In this document: piece after piece, positions 43,619-54,107 of the stretch
Position numbering within the stretch: position 1 is the stretch's first letter
Layout of the letters: each line of letters starts with the position of its first letter
Origin: Candidatus Uhrbacteria bacterium
GTDB taxonomy: Bacteria > Patescibacteriota > Patescibacteriia > JACQRZ01
Direction: 5' to 3'
NCBI GenBank assembly: GCA_016206155.1
Contig: JACQSC010000002.1
Span: forward strand, 143,473 to 207,472
Length of the DNA stretch: 64,000 bases
Notes under the pieces: model-generated
The model's input: only the letters and a program-made list of their open reading frames with translations
Databases searched by the model: none
Told to the model about the DNA's origin: nothing
Position numbers and translations under genes: made by a program

Positions 43619-46600
43619 GTGATGGAGAAGGCTTTTGTTAATCTACACACCCATAGCCACTATAGCCTCCTTGATGGTCTTGCACGCATTGAGGGTCTTG
43701 TGCAACGCGCGTGCTCATTTCATATGCCAGCCGTAGCCCTGACCGATCATGGCGCGCTGTATGGCGCCATTGATTTTTATAAATCGTGTACCCGCTGTGG
43801 AATAAAGCCTATTATCGGCATTGAAACATATCTTACCCAAAAAAGCAGATTCGATCGAGGATCGCGGGAGGATGATCAGCGCAACCATCTGATTCTCCTT
43901 GCAAAAAACGAGCAGGGGTATCGGAATCTTATGAAGCTTGCGACGGCCGCTCATCTTGAGGGTTTTTACTATCGTCCGCGAATTGACTTTGATCTTCTCG
44001 GGCGCCATCACGAGGGGCTGATCGCAACATCGGCGTGTATCAATGGACCCTTGGGCGCAGCAATTCTGGAAGGAAGAGATGCGCGACCGCTGCTTCAGAG
44101 GTTCCTTGATGTATTCGAAGATGATTTTTATCTCGAATTACAGCACCACCCAAACATTCCTGAACAGGAGACGGTGAATCGGGGTTTGATTGCGCTTGCG
44201 CGTGGCGTCGGGGTTCCTCTTGTCGCAACGCTTGATTCGCATTATCTCACGCCAGATGACGCGGATGCGCATGATGTGTTGCTCTGCCTGCAGACAAAGA
44301 AAGAAAAGAGCGACAAGAATCGTATGTGCATGCTCGGCGAAGACTTTTCCTTTTCTGACGGTACGCGCTTGCGTGAAGCATTTGCCGATATTCCCGAATG
44401 CCTTGACAATACCCTTGCCATTGCTGACAAGTGCGATCTCATGATTAGCTTTGGAAAGACGATTTTGCCCCACTACGAACTTCCATGCGATGTGAGTCCC
44501 GAGTCTGCGCTGCACGGGCTTTGCGAGCGAGGATTGAAGAAGCGGTATGGCGATCATGTCACCGAACACATTCGTGAGCGCCTCGCCTACGAGCTTGAGA
44601 CCATCATTGCTGCGGGCTTTTCTTCATATATGCTTATTGTTCAGGATTTTGTAAACTGGGCAAAGGGGCGTGGCATTGTTGTCGGTCCAGGACGCGGGAG
44701 CGCGGCAGGCAGTATCGTTGCTTATGTACTTGGCATCACGAACGTTGATCCGCTCGTGTATAACCTCTATTTTGAGCGATTTTTAAATCCGGAGCGTGTA
44801 TCCATGCCGGATATTGATCTGGATTTTGCCGATTCCCGTCGCGACGAGGTGCTTGCGTATGCTGAAGAGAAGTACGGCAAGGATCATGTGGCGCAGATTA
44901 TTACCTTTGGAACAATGGCTGCGCGCGTTTCACTGCGCGATGTTGGCAGAGTGCTTGGCAAGCCCTATTCATTCTGTGACGCTCTTGCAAAAATGATTCC
45001 CCCGCATATGACGCTTGCCGAGAGCCAGGCTGCGGTTGCGGAATTGCGAAATTATGTTTCACAAAACAGTGACGCGCGGGAAGTGATGACCATCGCGCAA
45101 AAGTTGGAGGGTGTCGCACGCCACACATCAACGCATGCGTGCGCGGTAGTGATTACCCCCAAGCCCCTGACTGATTACATTCCATGCCAACACGCTTCCC
45201 CGGACGACAAACGGGTGGTGACACAGTACGAAATGCACGCCATCGATGAGTTGGGCCTTTTAAAAATCGATTTTCTCGGGCTTTCAAACCTTACCATCTT
45301 GGAGCACGCCAAAAAAATTGTTCATCGGACACGGAAAATTGACATTGATTATGATACACTTCCCCTTGATAACGATGCAACGTTTCGCCTGCTCCAGCAG
45401 GGAAGGACGACCGGTGTTTTTCAGCTTGAGAGCAGCGGCATGAAGCGTTACTTGAAGGCATTGCAGCCAACGGAGGTGGAGGATATCATTGCTATGGTTT
45501 CGCTGTACCGGCCCGGTCCCATGGATTTGATTCCTGAATACATTGCCGGAAAAAAAGGCATAAAGAAGCCAAAATATCTTCACCCGATACTTGAACCGAT
45601 TTTAGCAAAAACATATGGAATCGCGGTGTATCAGGAGCAAGTCATGCAGATGGCCCGAGACTGTGCCGGTTTTTCCTTGGGTGAAGCAGATGTATTGCGC
45701 AAAGCGGTCGCAAAAAAAATACCAAAATTACTCGCAGAACAAAAGGAGAAATTTATCGCAGGATGCATGCAGCGCGGCATGGCAAGGGAGCTCGGCCAGA
45801 AAATTTTTGAATTTATCGAACCATTTGCGGGGTATGGCTTCAATCGAAGCCATGGCACGTGTTACGCGCTCATTGCCTATCAGACGGCATACATGAAGGC
45901 GAATTTCCCCGCAGAATTTATGGCTGCCCTGCTTACGGCTGATCAGAACAATATGGATCGCATTGCCATTGAGATTGAGGAGTGCCGTCAAATGGGCATA
46001 ACAGTGTTACCGCCCGATATCAACGAGAGTTTCAAATCGTTTACGGTTGTCTATGATCCTTCCGGGAAGTCGGCTACAATTCGATTTGGCCTGTTGGCGA
46101 TTAAGAATGTCGGTGAGCATTGTGTGGACTCGCTTGGTGCGCAGCGGAAAGAAGGGGGGGGCTTTGCTTCGCTTCAGGATTTTCTCGAGCGTATGCCGTC
46201 AGGAGATATAAATCGCAAATCCCTGGAGAGTCTTATCCGGAGCGGTGCATTGGATCGATTTGGCGATCGCAATAGTATGATGTATAATATAGAGAGGTTG
46301 TTATCGTTTCATCGGGATGTGGTTGGCGCGCGAGTGAATCGTCAGGCGACGTTATTTGGGTTGCAGCCTCTTGCGGTTTCATTGACGCTTGAGGAAACTG
46401 AACCGCTTGACATGCACGTCAAGCTGACATGGGAGAAGGAACTGCTTGGACTCTATCTCAGCGCCCATCCGCTTCACGATATTCAACCGTTTTTTGCGAA
46501 TCATGTACGCACATGCGCAGATGTGAGAGCGCTTGCCGATGGAGAGGTTGTGAGGATCTGCGGCATTGTGTCGCAGACGAAAAAAATAGTTACGAAGAAG

Positions 46601-46837
46601 AATGAATCTATGCTTTTTGCCAGGCTGGAAGATCTCTCGGATTCGCTTGAGATTATTGTTTTTCCTTCTATCTGGAGAGAGAGTATGGCGGCATGGCAGA
46701 ATGAATCAATTCTTATCGTTGAGGGTCGTGTTTCATTGAAGGATGCGGAGACCAAGGTGATCTGTTCGCGCGCGCGCATTGTTGATTCGGCATTACTTGA
46801 TACGATGCGATCCCGCGAAGAGGTTGCAATAGTGTGA
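43619..46837 (+). CDS. dnaE: DNA polymerase III alpha subunit
   Basis: LHTHSHYSLLDG, GPGRGSAAGS, MPDIDLDF, GVFQLES and YGFNRSH. Confidence 0.98.
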   Translation: MMEKAFVNLHTHSHYSLLDGLARIEGLVQRACSFHMPAVALTDHGALYGAIDFYKSCTRCGIKPIIGIETYLTQKSRFDRGSREDDQRNHLILLAKNEQGYRNLMKLATAAHLEGFYYRPRIDFDLLGRHHEGLIATSACINGPLGAAILEGRDARPLLQRFLDVFEDDFYLELQHHPNIPEQETVNRGLIALARGVGVPLVATLDSHYLTPDDADAHDVLLCLQTKKEKSDKNRMCMLGEDFSFSDGTRLREAFADIPECLDNTLAIADKCDLMISFGKTILPHYELPCDVSPESALHGLCERGLKKRYGDHVTEHIRERLAYELETIIAAGFSSYMLIVQDFVNWAKGRGIVVGPGRGSAAGSIVAYVLGITNVDPLVYNLYFERFLNPERVSMPDIDLDFADSRRDEVLAYAEEKYGKDHVAQIITFGTMAARVSLRDVGRVLGKPYSFCDALAKMIPPHMTLAESQAAVAELRNYVSQNSDAREVMTIAQKLEGVARHTSTHACAVVITPKPLTDYIPCQHASPDDKRVVTQYEMHAIDELGLLKIDFLGLSNLTILEHAKKIVHRTRKIDIDYDTLPLDNDATFRLLQQGRTTGVFQLESSGMKRYLKALQPTEVEDIIAMVSLYRPGPMDLIPEYIAGKKGIKKPKYLHPILEPILAKTYGIAVYQEQVMQMARDCAGFSLGEADVLRKAVAKKIPKLLAEQKEKFIAGCMQRGMARELGQKIFEFIEPFAGYGFNRSHGTCYALIAYQTAYMKANFPAEFMAALLTADQNNMDRIAIEIEECRQMGITVLPPDINESFKSFTVVYDPSGKSATIRFGLLAIKNVGEHCVDSLGAQRKEGGGFASLQDFLERMPSGDINRKSLESLIRSGALDRFGDRNSMMYNIERLLSFHRDVVGARVNRQATLFGLQPLAVSLTLEETEPLDMHVKLTWEKELLGLYLSAHPLHDIQPFFANHVRTCADVRALADGEVVRICGIVSQTKKIVTKKNESMLFARLEDLSDSLEIIVFPSIWRESMAAWQNESILIVEGRVSLKDAETKVICSRARIVDSALLDTMRSREEVAIV

Positions 46838-46888
46838 TATATACGACAGTCGTTCTATTTAGTCTGCGTAATTGTTAATCGGCAATAT

Positions 46889-48052
46889 ATGTTTTTTAAA
46901 CAATTTGTTCACAGGCGCCAGGCGGAAGGTCATCCGCGTATGTACCGTTCGCTCGCGCTTTCTTTTTTTGGCGTTTCGGTCATTATTGCTATTATTGTTT
47001 TTTATGTTTCATTTTCATGGGCGACAATTCGGATATCGCCTCGAGTGAAGGCGTATCCCTACTCTGCCGTGCTTGTCGTGCAGGATGGAGCTGCGTCTGA
47101 GTCGGCGCTTTTTGGAAAAGTGCTCGAGCGGGAGCTCGAAGGATCGGGAACATTCACGCCCACCACAGCAGAGACGCGCGTAGGCCGCGCATCAGGCGTG
47201 ATCACTGTTGTCAATAAGACAAGCAGGACACAACCGCTTCGTGCCACGACACGGTTTTTGACCCCAGATCAAATACTCTTTCGCTCTGAGTCCGCGGTAA
47301 CGGTACCGGCCGGAGGTCAGATTGAGGTGCCTGTACAAGCTGACAAGGAAGGTGAACTTGGAAAGATTGACACATCGCGCTTTACGATACCTGGGCTTTG
47401 GGAGCAGACACAGTCGCTTATATACGGTGTCTCGTTTCGTGAAACAATCGGTGGCGCAACCGATGTTAAAAAAGTAACGAGTGCGGATCTTGAGCGCGCA
47501 GAGAAGGAGGTGCTCCGGAAGCTTGAAGAAAAATTTGCTCTCATGCTTGATGCTGAGAAGCCATCTTTTGTGGCGCCGAGTGTCGGATCAGTGTACCGCG
47601 CTGACGTTCTTACGCGAACCGCGAGTCATTCCGTTGGACAGGAAGCAGACGAGCTTTCTCTGCGCCTGAAGGTGCGATTTACCGCGGTACTCTTTGACGA
47701 GCAACAGATACTGCAGCGCCTCGCACAGCGCATGCGGGCGGAACTTTCGGCAGGATATGAGTTAATGCCAATTGGCGCCGATCGATATACAGGGACAATG
47801 AGCTCAGTCAATAAAGAGCAAAAAAGTGTTACGCTTCAGATGGACGTACAGGGATCAAAGCTGCGGACTGATGATATTCAACCCTATCATACGCGCGATC
47901 TTGCGGGCCTGAAAAAAGACGCCATCATTGAGTATTTTCGCGGATATGACGACATTAAGGATGTATCGGTTTCATTCTATCCCTTTTGGGTTACGCGCGC
48001 ACCCTTGCTGGTTGATCATATAAAGATCGTCGTCGATAAATCAGCGCAATAA
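46889..48052 (+). CDS. Membrane-anchored baseplate J/gp47-like protein
   Basis: TM; ASGVITVVN...QPL.ATTRF....V.VPA....V.V.AD..G...FTIPGL...GG; PFW C-terminus. Confidence 0.6.
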   Translation: MFFKQFVHRRQAEGHPRMYRSLALSFFGVSVIIAIIVFYVSFSWATIRISPRVKAYPYSAVLVVQDGAASESALFGKVLERELEGSGTFTPTTAETRVGRASGVITVVNKTSRTQPLRATTRFLTPDQILFRSESAVTVPAGGQIEVPVQADKEGELGKIDTSRFTIPGLWEQTQSLIYGVSFRETIGGATDVKKVTSADLERAEKEVLRKLEEKFALMLDAEKPSFVAPSVGSVYRADVLTRTASHSVGQEADELSLRLKVRFTAVLFDEQQILQRLAQRMRAELSAGYELMPIGADRYTGTMSSVNKEQKSVTLQMDVQGSKLRTDDIQPYHTRDLAGLKKDAIIEYFRGYDDIKDVSVSFYPFWVTRAPLLVDHIKIVVDKSAQ

Positions 48053-48057
48053 ATCGA

Positions 48058-48172
48058 CGCACGCAGTTGGCGCATTTCTTCGTTACCGCCTCCGTCTACT
48101 GGCCACCGTACCATCAAAGTACGCCTTACTCCGTTCCTCGGCGGTGCCTTGAACTGCATCCAACTGCCTGCG
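48058..48172. repeat. ~115-bp imperfect palindromic element (REP/RPE-like)
   Basis: Nested arms GCAGTTGG/CCAACTGC, ACCGCC/GGCGGT and CGTAC/GTACG. Confidence 0.7.
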
Positions 48173-48266
48173 CCGTATGTTAATAACTGTACTATCATAG
48201 ATAGATGGGCCGTTGTTTTTTTTTATTGCCGCGCTATACTATGGCAATACTCTTAGAATATGTTTT

Positions 48267-50015
48267 ATGGAAGAATCTCTTGAAGGCATACGACATTCTC
48301 TTGCGCACTTGCTCGCCGCAGCCGTTCTCAAGCGCTACCCGGACGCAAAGCCGACTATCGGTCCCGCGATTGAAAACGGGTTTTATTATGATTTTGATTT
48401 CACAGAGAGTCCATCGGTCGATGATTTGCCAACTATTGAGGCGGAAATGAAAAAAATACTAAAGGGATGGCGGACGGTTGAATCGAGGAAGGTCTCTTCG
48501 GATGAGGCGCGGACGATATTTGCGGATAATAGGTACAAGCTTGAGTTGATCGATGACATTGTCAGCAGGGGCGAAGATATCACGCTCTATACATGGGGAG
48601 ACTTTCAGGATTTGTGTCGAGGGGGTCACGTTGTTGATGCGCAGAAGATTGATCCTGAATCGTTCAAGCTTGTGAAAGTGGCTGGCGCCTACTGGCGCGG
48701 TGATGAAAAGAATCCAATGCTCACGCGCATCTATGGTCTTGCATTTGCCACAAAGGAGGAGCTTGACGCGCATCTTATTATGCTTGAGGAGGCAGAAAAG
48801 CGCGATCACAGGAAGCTTGGTAAGGAGCTGGATTTGTTCACGTTTTCCGATCTTGTGGGACCGGGCCTACCGCTCTGGACTGCTCGAGGCACATTGCTCC
48901 GCAATCTTCTGGATGACTATATCTGGCAATTGCGAAAAAAGCGTGGATATGAGCAAGTCACGATTCCGCATATTACCAAGCGGGCACTCTATGAAACGAG
49001 CGGCCATTGGGAGAAGTTTCAAAACGATTTGTTCAAAGTAAGCACGCGCGAGGAGCACGAGTTTGCGATGAAGCCGATGAACTGTCCGCACCATACGCAG
49101 ATTTTTGCCAGAAAACCGCATAGTTATCGCGACATGCCCCAGCGGTATGCCGAGACAACCATGGTGTATCGTGATGAGCAGAGCGGGGAACTTCATGGTC
49201 TTTCTCGCGTGCTGTGCATTACCCAGGACGATGCCCACGTTTTTTGCCGTGGATCGCAGATAAAGGAAGAGGCGCTGAAAATTTGGGATATTATTGACAC
49301 ATTCTACACGACAGTAGGCTTTGGCGCGCTCCGTGCTCGGCTTTCACTCCACAACCCTGCCGAGATGGAAAAGTATCTTGGCTCCGAGGATATGTGGCTA
49401 ACAATTGAGGAGGAGTTACGCGCGCTTACTCGTGAGCGGGGCGCAACAGTAGTCGAAGCAATCGGTGAGGCGGCATTTTATGGACCAAAAATTGACTTTA
49501 TCGCAAAAGATTCCATTGGCCGTGAATGGCAAGTCGCCACGATCCAGCTTGACTTCAATATGCCGGAGCGCTTTGATCTTTGCTGCACCAATGAACAGGG
49601 TGAGCGCGAACGAATTTTTATGATTCATGCCGCGATCATGGGATCTATTGAACGCTTTCTTTCGATCTATATTGAACACTGCGCGGGCGTATTTCCACTG
49701 TGGCTTTCCCCGGTGCAGGTCGCAATTCTTTCCGTTGGGGAAGCCCACCATGAGGCGTCTGCAAAACTTGCCGGACAACTGAAAGAACAAGGAATTCGAG
49801 CAGAAGTTGACGAGTCAAGCGAGACTGTCGGTAAAAAAATCCGAAATGCCGAGAAGATGAAAATACCTTATATGCTCGTCATTGGCGACAAGGAGAATGA
49901 TCTCACGGTGCTTTCTGTAAGAAAACGGGGATCCAAAGATACGGTGGAGCACGCCACCAACGAATTTATTACAACAGTCAGGAACCTTATTCAAGAGCGT
50001 TCGCATGAGCTTTAG
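48267..50015 (+). CDS. thrS: Threonine--tRNA ligase
   Basis: RHSLAH, DLCRGGH, RDHRKLG, KPMNCP and AFYGPKID. Confidence 0.97.
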   Translation: MEESLEGIRHSLAHLLAAAVLKRYPDAKPTIGPAIENGFYYDFDFTESPSVDDLPTIEAEMKKILKGWRTVESRKVSSDEARTIFADNRYKLELIDDIVSRGEDITLYTWGDFQDLCRGGHVVDAQKIDPESFKLVKVAGAYWRGDEKNPMLTRIYGLAFATKEELDAHLIMLEEAEKRDHRKLGKELDLFTFSDLVGPGLPLWTARGTLLRNLLDDYIWQLRKKRGYEQVTIPHITKRALYETSGHWEKFQNDLFKVSTREEHEFAMKPMNCPHHTQIFARKPHSYRDMPQRYAETTMVYRDEQSGELHGLSRVLCITQDDAHVFCRGSQIKEEALKIWDIIDTFYTTVGFGALRARLSLHNPAEMEKYLGSEDMWLTIEEELRALTRERGATVVEAIGEAAFYGPKIDFIAKDSIGREWQVATIQLDFNMPERFDLCCTNEQGERERIFMIHAAIMGSIERFLSIYIEHCAGVFPLWLSPVQVAILSVGEAHHEASAKLAGQLKEQGIRAEVDESSETVGKKIRNAEKMKIPYMLVIGDKENDLTVLSVRKRGSKDTVEHATNEFITTVRNLIQERSHEL

Positions 50016-50017
50016 GC

Positions 50018-51361
50018 ATGGCTGGCTATTTTAAAATCACCACCTTTGGATGCCAAATGAACAAGTCGGATTCCGAGCGATTGAGTTCAATTTTGACACG
50101 AAGCGGTCTTGTATGCACGGATGATGATGAACGGGCAGATGTGTTGATCTATAACACCTGCGCCGTGCGCCAAAAAGCAGAGGATCGCGTATACGGTATT
50201 CATCGCACGTTACAGACACTAAAAGAAAATAATCCCAATCTCATCGTCGCAATCACCGGCTGTATGGCGGGACGCGACCACGATGGTAAGATTAGACAGC
50301 GTCTATCGGCAGTTGATCTGTTTTTTCCAACCGAGGAGATGATCCATCTTCCGCGAGCTTTGAGCGGTCTGAATCCATCACTGATTGATCCGTCCGGGGT
50401 GGGAGATGAGTATGATCATTATCTGAAAATTGCACCATCGTATTTGAATACATTTCAGGCGTATCTTGCGATTAGCAATGGGTGCAATAAATTTTGTACA
50501 TACTGTGTGGTGCCGTATGCCCGCGGTCGTCAAAAAGATCGGCCGCTTGTTGATGTGCTTGCAGAGGCGCGCAATCTTGCCAGTTCTGGTGTCTTTGAGA
50601 TAACGCTTCTCGGGCAGTGCGTTAATTTGTATAATCCGCCCGACAAGGAACATTTTTCAAAAGATAATTCCTTTGATAATTCAAAAAATGGCTTCGCGGC
50701 GCTCATGTGGGAGATAAATCAGATTGCAGGAATAGAGAGGATTCATTTTACCGCTCCGCACCCGCAGTATATGGATGAGCAGACCGTCGCGGCCCTTACC
50801 ATGCCAAAAAATATCAATTATCTTCATCTGCCCGTGCAGGCAGGAAGTAATGTGGTATTGAAGCGCATGAATCGTCATTATACGCGAGAGTATTACATTG
50901 ATAAAATTCAAGAGATCAGAGCGTCAAAGCCTGGCATCGCAATCGGCACCGATATTATTGTCGGTTTCTGTGGTGAAACTGAGGGAGATTTTGAACAGAC
51001 AATGGATTTGTATCGGGAGTGCGATTTTGACATCGCATACACCGCGCAATATTCAGTTCGTTCCGGTACCGCCGGTGCGCGAATGTATAAAGACGATGTT
51101 CCACGTCAGGAGAAGAAGCGGCGATGGAATGTGTTGCAGAAGTTGATGGAGGAAACTGCGCTTCGCAAGAATCAAGCATATGTCGGCCGTACAGTATCGG
51201 TTTTGGTTGAGTCGTGCGAAAAAGATCTCTGCAGTGGCAACTCACGTGAGATGAAACGCGTGCTCTTTCGAGGCGATGAATCGCTTGTCGGTACAATACA
51301 AAACGTCACCATTGACCGCGCTGTTGAATGGATATTATATGGAAGCAGAATCAAGAATTAA
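50018..51361 (+). CDS. miaB: tRNA-2-methylthio-N6-dimethylallyladenosine synthase
   Basis: TFGCQMN, NTCAVR, CNKFCTYC radical SAM motif, TRAM domain; next to miaA. Confidence 0.93.
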   Translation: MAGYFKITTFGCQMNKSDSERLSSILTRSGLVCTDDDERADVLIYNTCAVRQKAEDRVYGIHRTLQTLKENNPNLIVAITGCMAGRDHDGKIRQRLSAVDLFFPTEEMIHLPRALSGLNPSLIDPSGVGDEYDHYLKIAPSYLNTFQAYLAISNGCNKFCTYCVVPYARGRQKDRPLVDVLAEARNLASSGVFEITLLGQCVNLYNPPDKEHFSKDNSFDNSKNGFAALMWEINQIAGIERIHFTAPHPQYMDEQTVAALTMPKNINYLHLPVQAGSNVVLKRMNRHYTREYYIDKIQEIRASKPGIAIGTDIIVGFCGETEGDFEQTMDLYRECDFDIAYTAQYSVRSGTAGARMYKDDVPRQEKKRRWNVLQKLMEETALRKNQAYVGRTVSVLVESCEKDLCSGNSREMKRVLFRGDESLVGTIQNVTIDRAVEWILYGSRIKN

Positions 51362-52361
51362 GAATCAAGAATTAAGAATTGAGACACCTGTGATAGCGAT
51401 CATTGGGCCGACGTCATCGGGGAAGTCGGATCTCGCTATTAAACTTGCAAAAAAGTTTAACGGCGTGATTATTTCTGCTGACTCACGCCAGATATACAGG
51501 GGGCTCGATATATGTACTGGAAAAATCACAAAGAAGGAGCAGAAAATGGTTAAACACCATTGCCTTGATATTGTCGCGCCGCCAAAGCGGTGGAGGGGCG
51601 GTGTACAGCCCTTTACGCTTGCAGATTATAGAACATGCGCTGATCGCGCGATTCAGGACATTCGCAGCAGGGGGCATGTGCCATTTATTGTCGGCGGCAC
51701 CCATCTGTATGTTCGGGCGGTTCTCTACGATTATGATATTCCGAGTGTACCACCCAACCATGAATACAGAATGAGGCTGGAGAAAAAGTCACTTGCCGCG
51801 CTCCAGCGACAATTATACAAAATTGATCCTGCGATGCGGGTATGGAAAGATCGCGATAATAAACGGCGTGTTTTGCGTGCGCTGGAAATTTATCGTGCAA
51901 CAAAGAGGAAGCCGTCGTTGGTGTATTCAAACCCTACGCTTCGTCCACGATACAACGCGCTTCAACTTTGCGTTGACGTTCCGCGAGAGACGCTTTATAA
52001 ACGAATTGACAAGCGGGTTGATGATCGGATAAAAGGGGGGATGATTCGTGAGGTGGAGCGACTGCGAGAAAGGGGTGTGTCCAAACAATGGCTCAGGAGC
52101 TTAGGTCTTGAGTGTCGATTTATTTCAAACTATCTTGATGGAAAAAAAACAAAAAAACGGAAGGATGATATGATCGAGCGGCTCAAATTTGCCATTCATC
52201 ACTATGCGCGTCGCCAACTCACCTGGTATCGAAAGCAAAATGACATTACATACGTAACGTCATATTCGTCTGCTCAAAACAATATTAAGCTGTTTCTCAC
52301 ATCAATAGGGACTGGATCCCCCAGGCCTAAAGGCCGGGCAAGCTACCCTTCGGCGGGATGA
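51339..52361 (+). CDS. miaA: tRNA dimethylallyltransferase
   Basis: GPTSSGKS, ISADSRQIY, VGGT.LY and YARRQLTW. Confidence 0.95.
   Translation: MEAESRIKNQELRIETPVIAIIGPTSSGKSDLAIKLAKKFNGVIISADSRQIYRGLDICTGKITKKEQKMVKHHCLDIVAPPKRWRGGVQPFTLADYRTCADRAIQDIRSRGHVPFIVGGTHLYVRAVLYDYDIPSVPPNHEYRMRLEKKSLAALQRQLYKIDPAMRVWKDRDNKRRVLRALEIYRATKRKPSLVYSNPTLRPRYNALQLCVDVPRETLYKRIDKRVDDRIKGGMIREVERLRERGVSKQWLRSLGLECRFISNYLDGKKTKKRKDDMIERLKFAIHHYARRQLTWYRKQNDITYVTSYSSAQNNIKLFLTSIGTGSPRPKGRASYPSAG
51347..51380. repeat. AGAAT(C/T)A heptamer x5
   Basis: AGAATCAAGAATTAAGAATCAAGAATTAAGAATT; overlaps the miaB end and miaA start. Confidence 0.9.
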
Positions 52362-52363
52362 CA
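52310..52363. repeat. 54-bp GACTGGATCCC...CGGGATGACA element, copy 1
   Basis: Same termini and length as 54037-54090. Confidence 0.8.
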
Positions 52364-52368
52364 GCTGA

Positions 52369-54033
52369 TCAAATGACTTCCGCTTGATAGCACTCAACGC
52401 AATACACGATCTCCGGGCGGTTGGGTGCGAATGTCGTACGAATATCCTTAGAACACTTTACACACGAACGCTCAAAGAGCTTCATCGGTCCACGTCGCTT
52501 AATCCTATCAACATGTCGGCAGCTAAAGCATTGCCGAGGAATTGGAAGCGACATATTTTGATAAAATGCCAATTCTTTCGGTGTAATCTTATAATTTCGC
52601 TTGCAGTCAAGGCATGCAAGGACATCCTTCGTGATTGTACTGGTAACCTGCACGATGTGGTCGGGGATAGATTCGGGAGCAAGCGTTTCTGCACCCACTG
52701 TCATCGGTAGCTTATCCTGCCATCGATACCCTTGAGCAAGCGCTTCCTCCTTGGTCAGGGGCATGTAGTCCTGCGCCACGGCTTCATTGTAGGAAAAAGG
52801 TGCAATAACGGGCGGAAAAAACAATCCATACTCACCGTCACGTTTCAACTCATCAATGATTTTCTCGCGAAGTGCGTGATACTCTTTTTCACTGTACTCT
52901 CTGTTAAGAATACAGTATTTTCCCTTCTTTAGTCCGTCACAGCCAAAGCAGTATTCAGACGCATGGGTAAAAAAACAATACTCGCAATCATGGCCATTCT
53001 CTACCCAATACGATCCGATGACACGATTGGCATATCCGGTAGCTGCGCAGTCAAGAAGCAGTTCGCTTCCATATCCATAGCCAAGCGTATCGTAGGAATC
53101 CTTGATATTCTTGGACGCGAACATGTACTTGCAGTTCTCTCCTTCGGTAATCTCATAACAATCGCGCAGGGCCGTTGATGAGAAGAGGTAATCGCCGGTG
53201 CAGTCCTCTGACTTCATGTTGTTATTTTCTCGATGAGGAAATTGAAGGGCAAATTCCTCAAATTTTTTCCGCATTTCATTCAACTTCTGACAGCTTCCCT
53301 TAACTTCAGCAAGGCGCTTCTCATATTCATTCTTTGTCAGCTCCTCATTAAACCAGTGATAGCTCTTGTGGCGGAGGTTGACACAGCCAAAGCAGTTGAT
53401 GCAGTCAGTACAGCTTAACAAGAACCACGAATCAACGCAGTTGGTCACATTATGTCCAAATATAACGCCCGATGACTGATGAACATTCACTGCTTCATAG
53501 CAGCGCTCCATATCAATGCCAAAATATGCGTCAACCGTATCGCGACAGCGCATCAAGCCGCGAGAGTACATCGTATCCTCACAATAACTCGTATTGAAGA
53601 GGAGGTAACAATTTTTGTTATTCGCGGCGGTATTGGTGTAGTCGCTATTTATATTATTGCTGCCGCCGGTAATGCCCAACGCTTTTTTGGGGACACGTTT
53701 TAAGAGTTCGTCCATCTGTTCAAAGAATGGCCGATGAGAGTCATACGGGGTCCCATATTGAAAAGCATCCCAGTCGTCGGCATCAAAGCAGTCAAGACAG
53801 TAGACTGTATAGGGCGACTCCTCGTGGTAGACAGAGATAATGCTCTTCTTGCACTTATCGCATGGGCGGCTATAGAGAATCCGCTCATTACGAAACTGCG
53901 CCCTGCGCTTAAAGCGGCAGTCAGGACACAACCGCGGTACGGGAACGCTCATTTTTTCGTAAAACTCAAGGTCCTCCGGTTCAATTGAGTATAACCTGTT
54001 ACAATTTTTGCATGTCATTTGCTGAGCTGTCAT
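52369..54033 (-). CDS. Cys-rich zinc-ribbon repeat protein (CPR-type hypothetical)
   Basis: CKNC...CPDCR..RR..RNER.LY, CFGC..L...Y..N, YNE..AQ...P, and C-terminal CxxC pairs. Confidence 0.85.
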   Translation of the reverse strand: MTAQQMTCKNCNRLYSIEPEDLEFYEKMSVPVPRLCPDCRFKRRAQFRNERILYSRPCDKCKKSIISVYHEESPYTVYCLDCFDADDWDAFQYGTPYDSHRPFFEQMDELLKRVPKKALGITGGSNNINSDYTNTAANNKNCYLLFNTSYCEDTMYSRGLMRCRDTVDAYFGIDMERCYEAVNVHQSSGVIFGHNVTNCVDSWFLLSCTDCINCFGCVNLRHKSYHWFNEELTKNEYEKRLAEVKGSCQKLNEMRKKFEEFALQFPHRENNNMKSEDCTGDYLFSSTALRDCYEITEGENCKYMFASKNIKDSYDTLGYGYGSELLLDCAATGYANRVIGSYWVENGHDCEYCFFTHASEYCFGCDGLKKGKYCILNREYSEKEYHALREKIIDELKRDGEYGLFFPPVIAPFSYNEAVAQDYMPLTKEEALAQGYRWQDKLPMTVGAETLAPESIPDHIVQVTSTITKDVLACLDCKRNYKITPKELAFYQNMSLPIPRQCFSCRHVDRIKRRGPMKLFERSCVKCSKDIRTTFAPNRPEIVYCVECYQAEVI

Positions 54034-54036
54034 AGA

Positions 54037-54090
54037 GACTGGATCCCGTCCGGAGTTTACCCCGAGTACTCCCGAGGGGCCGGGATGACA
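54037..54090. repeat. 54-bp GACTGGATCCC...CGGGATGACA element, copy 2
   Basis: Direct repeat of the termini of 52310-52363, with a different interior. Confidence 0.8.
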
Positions 54091-54107
54091 AATAAGGGCG
54101 TTGAAAA

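Noticed and set aside
48058-48260. T-box riboswitch for thrS
   Set aside because: No T-box UGGNACC antiterminator bulge or specifier loop recognised.
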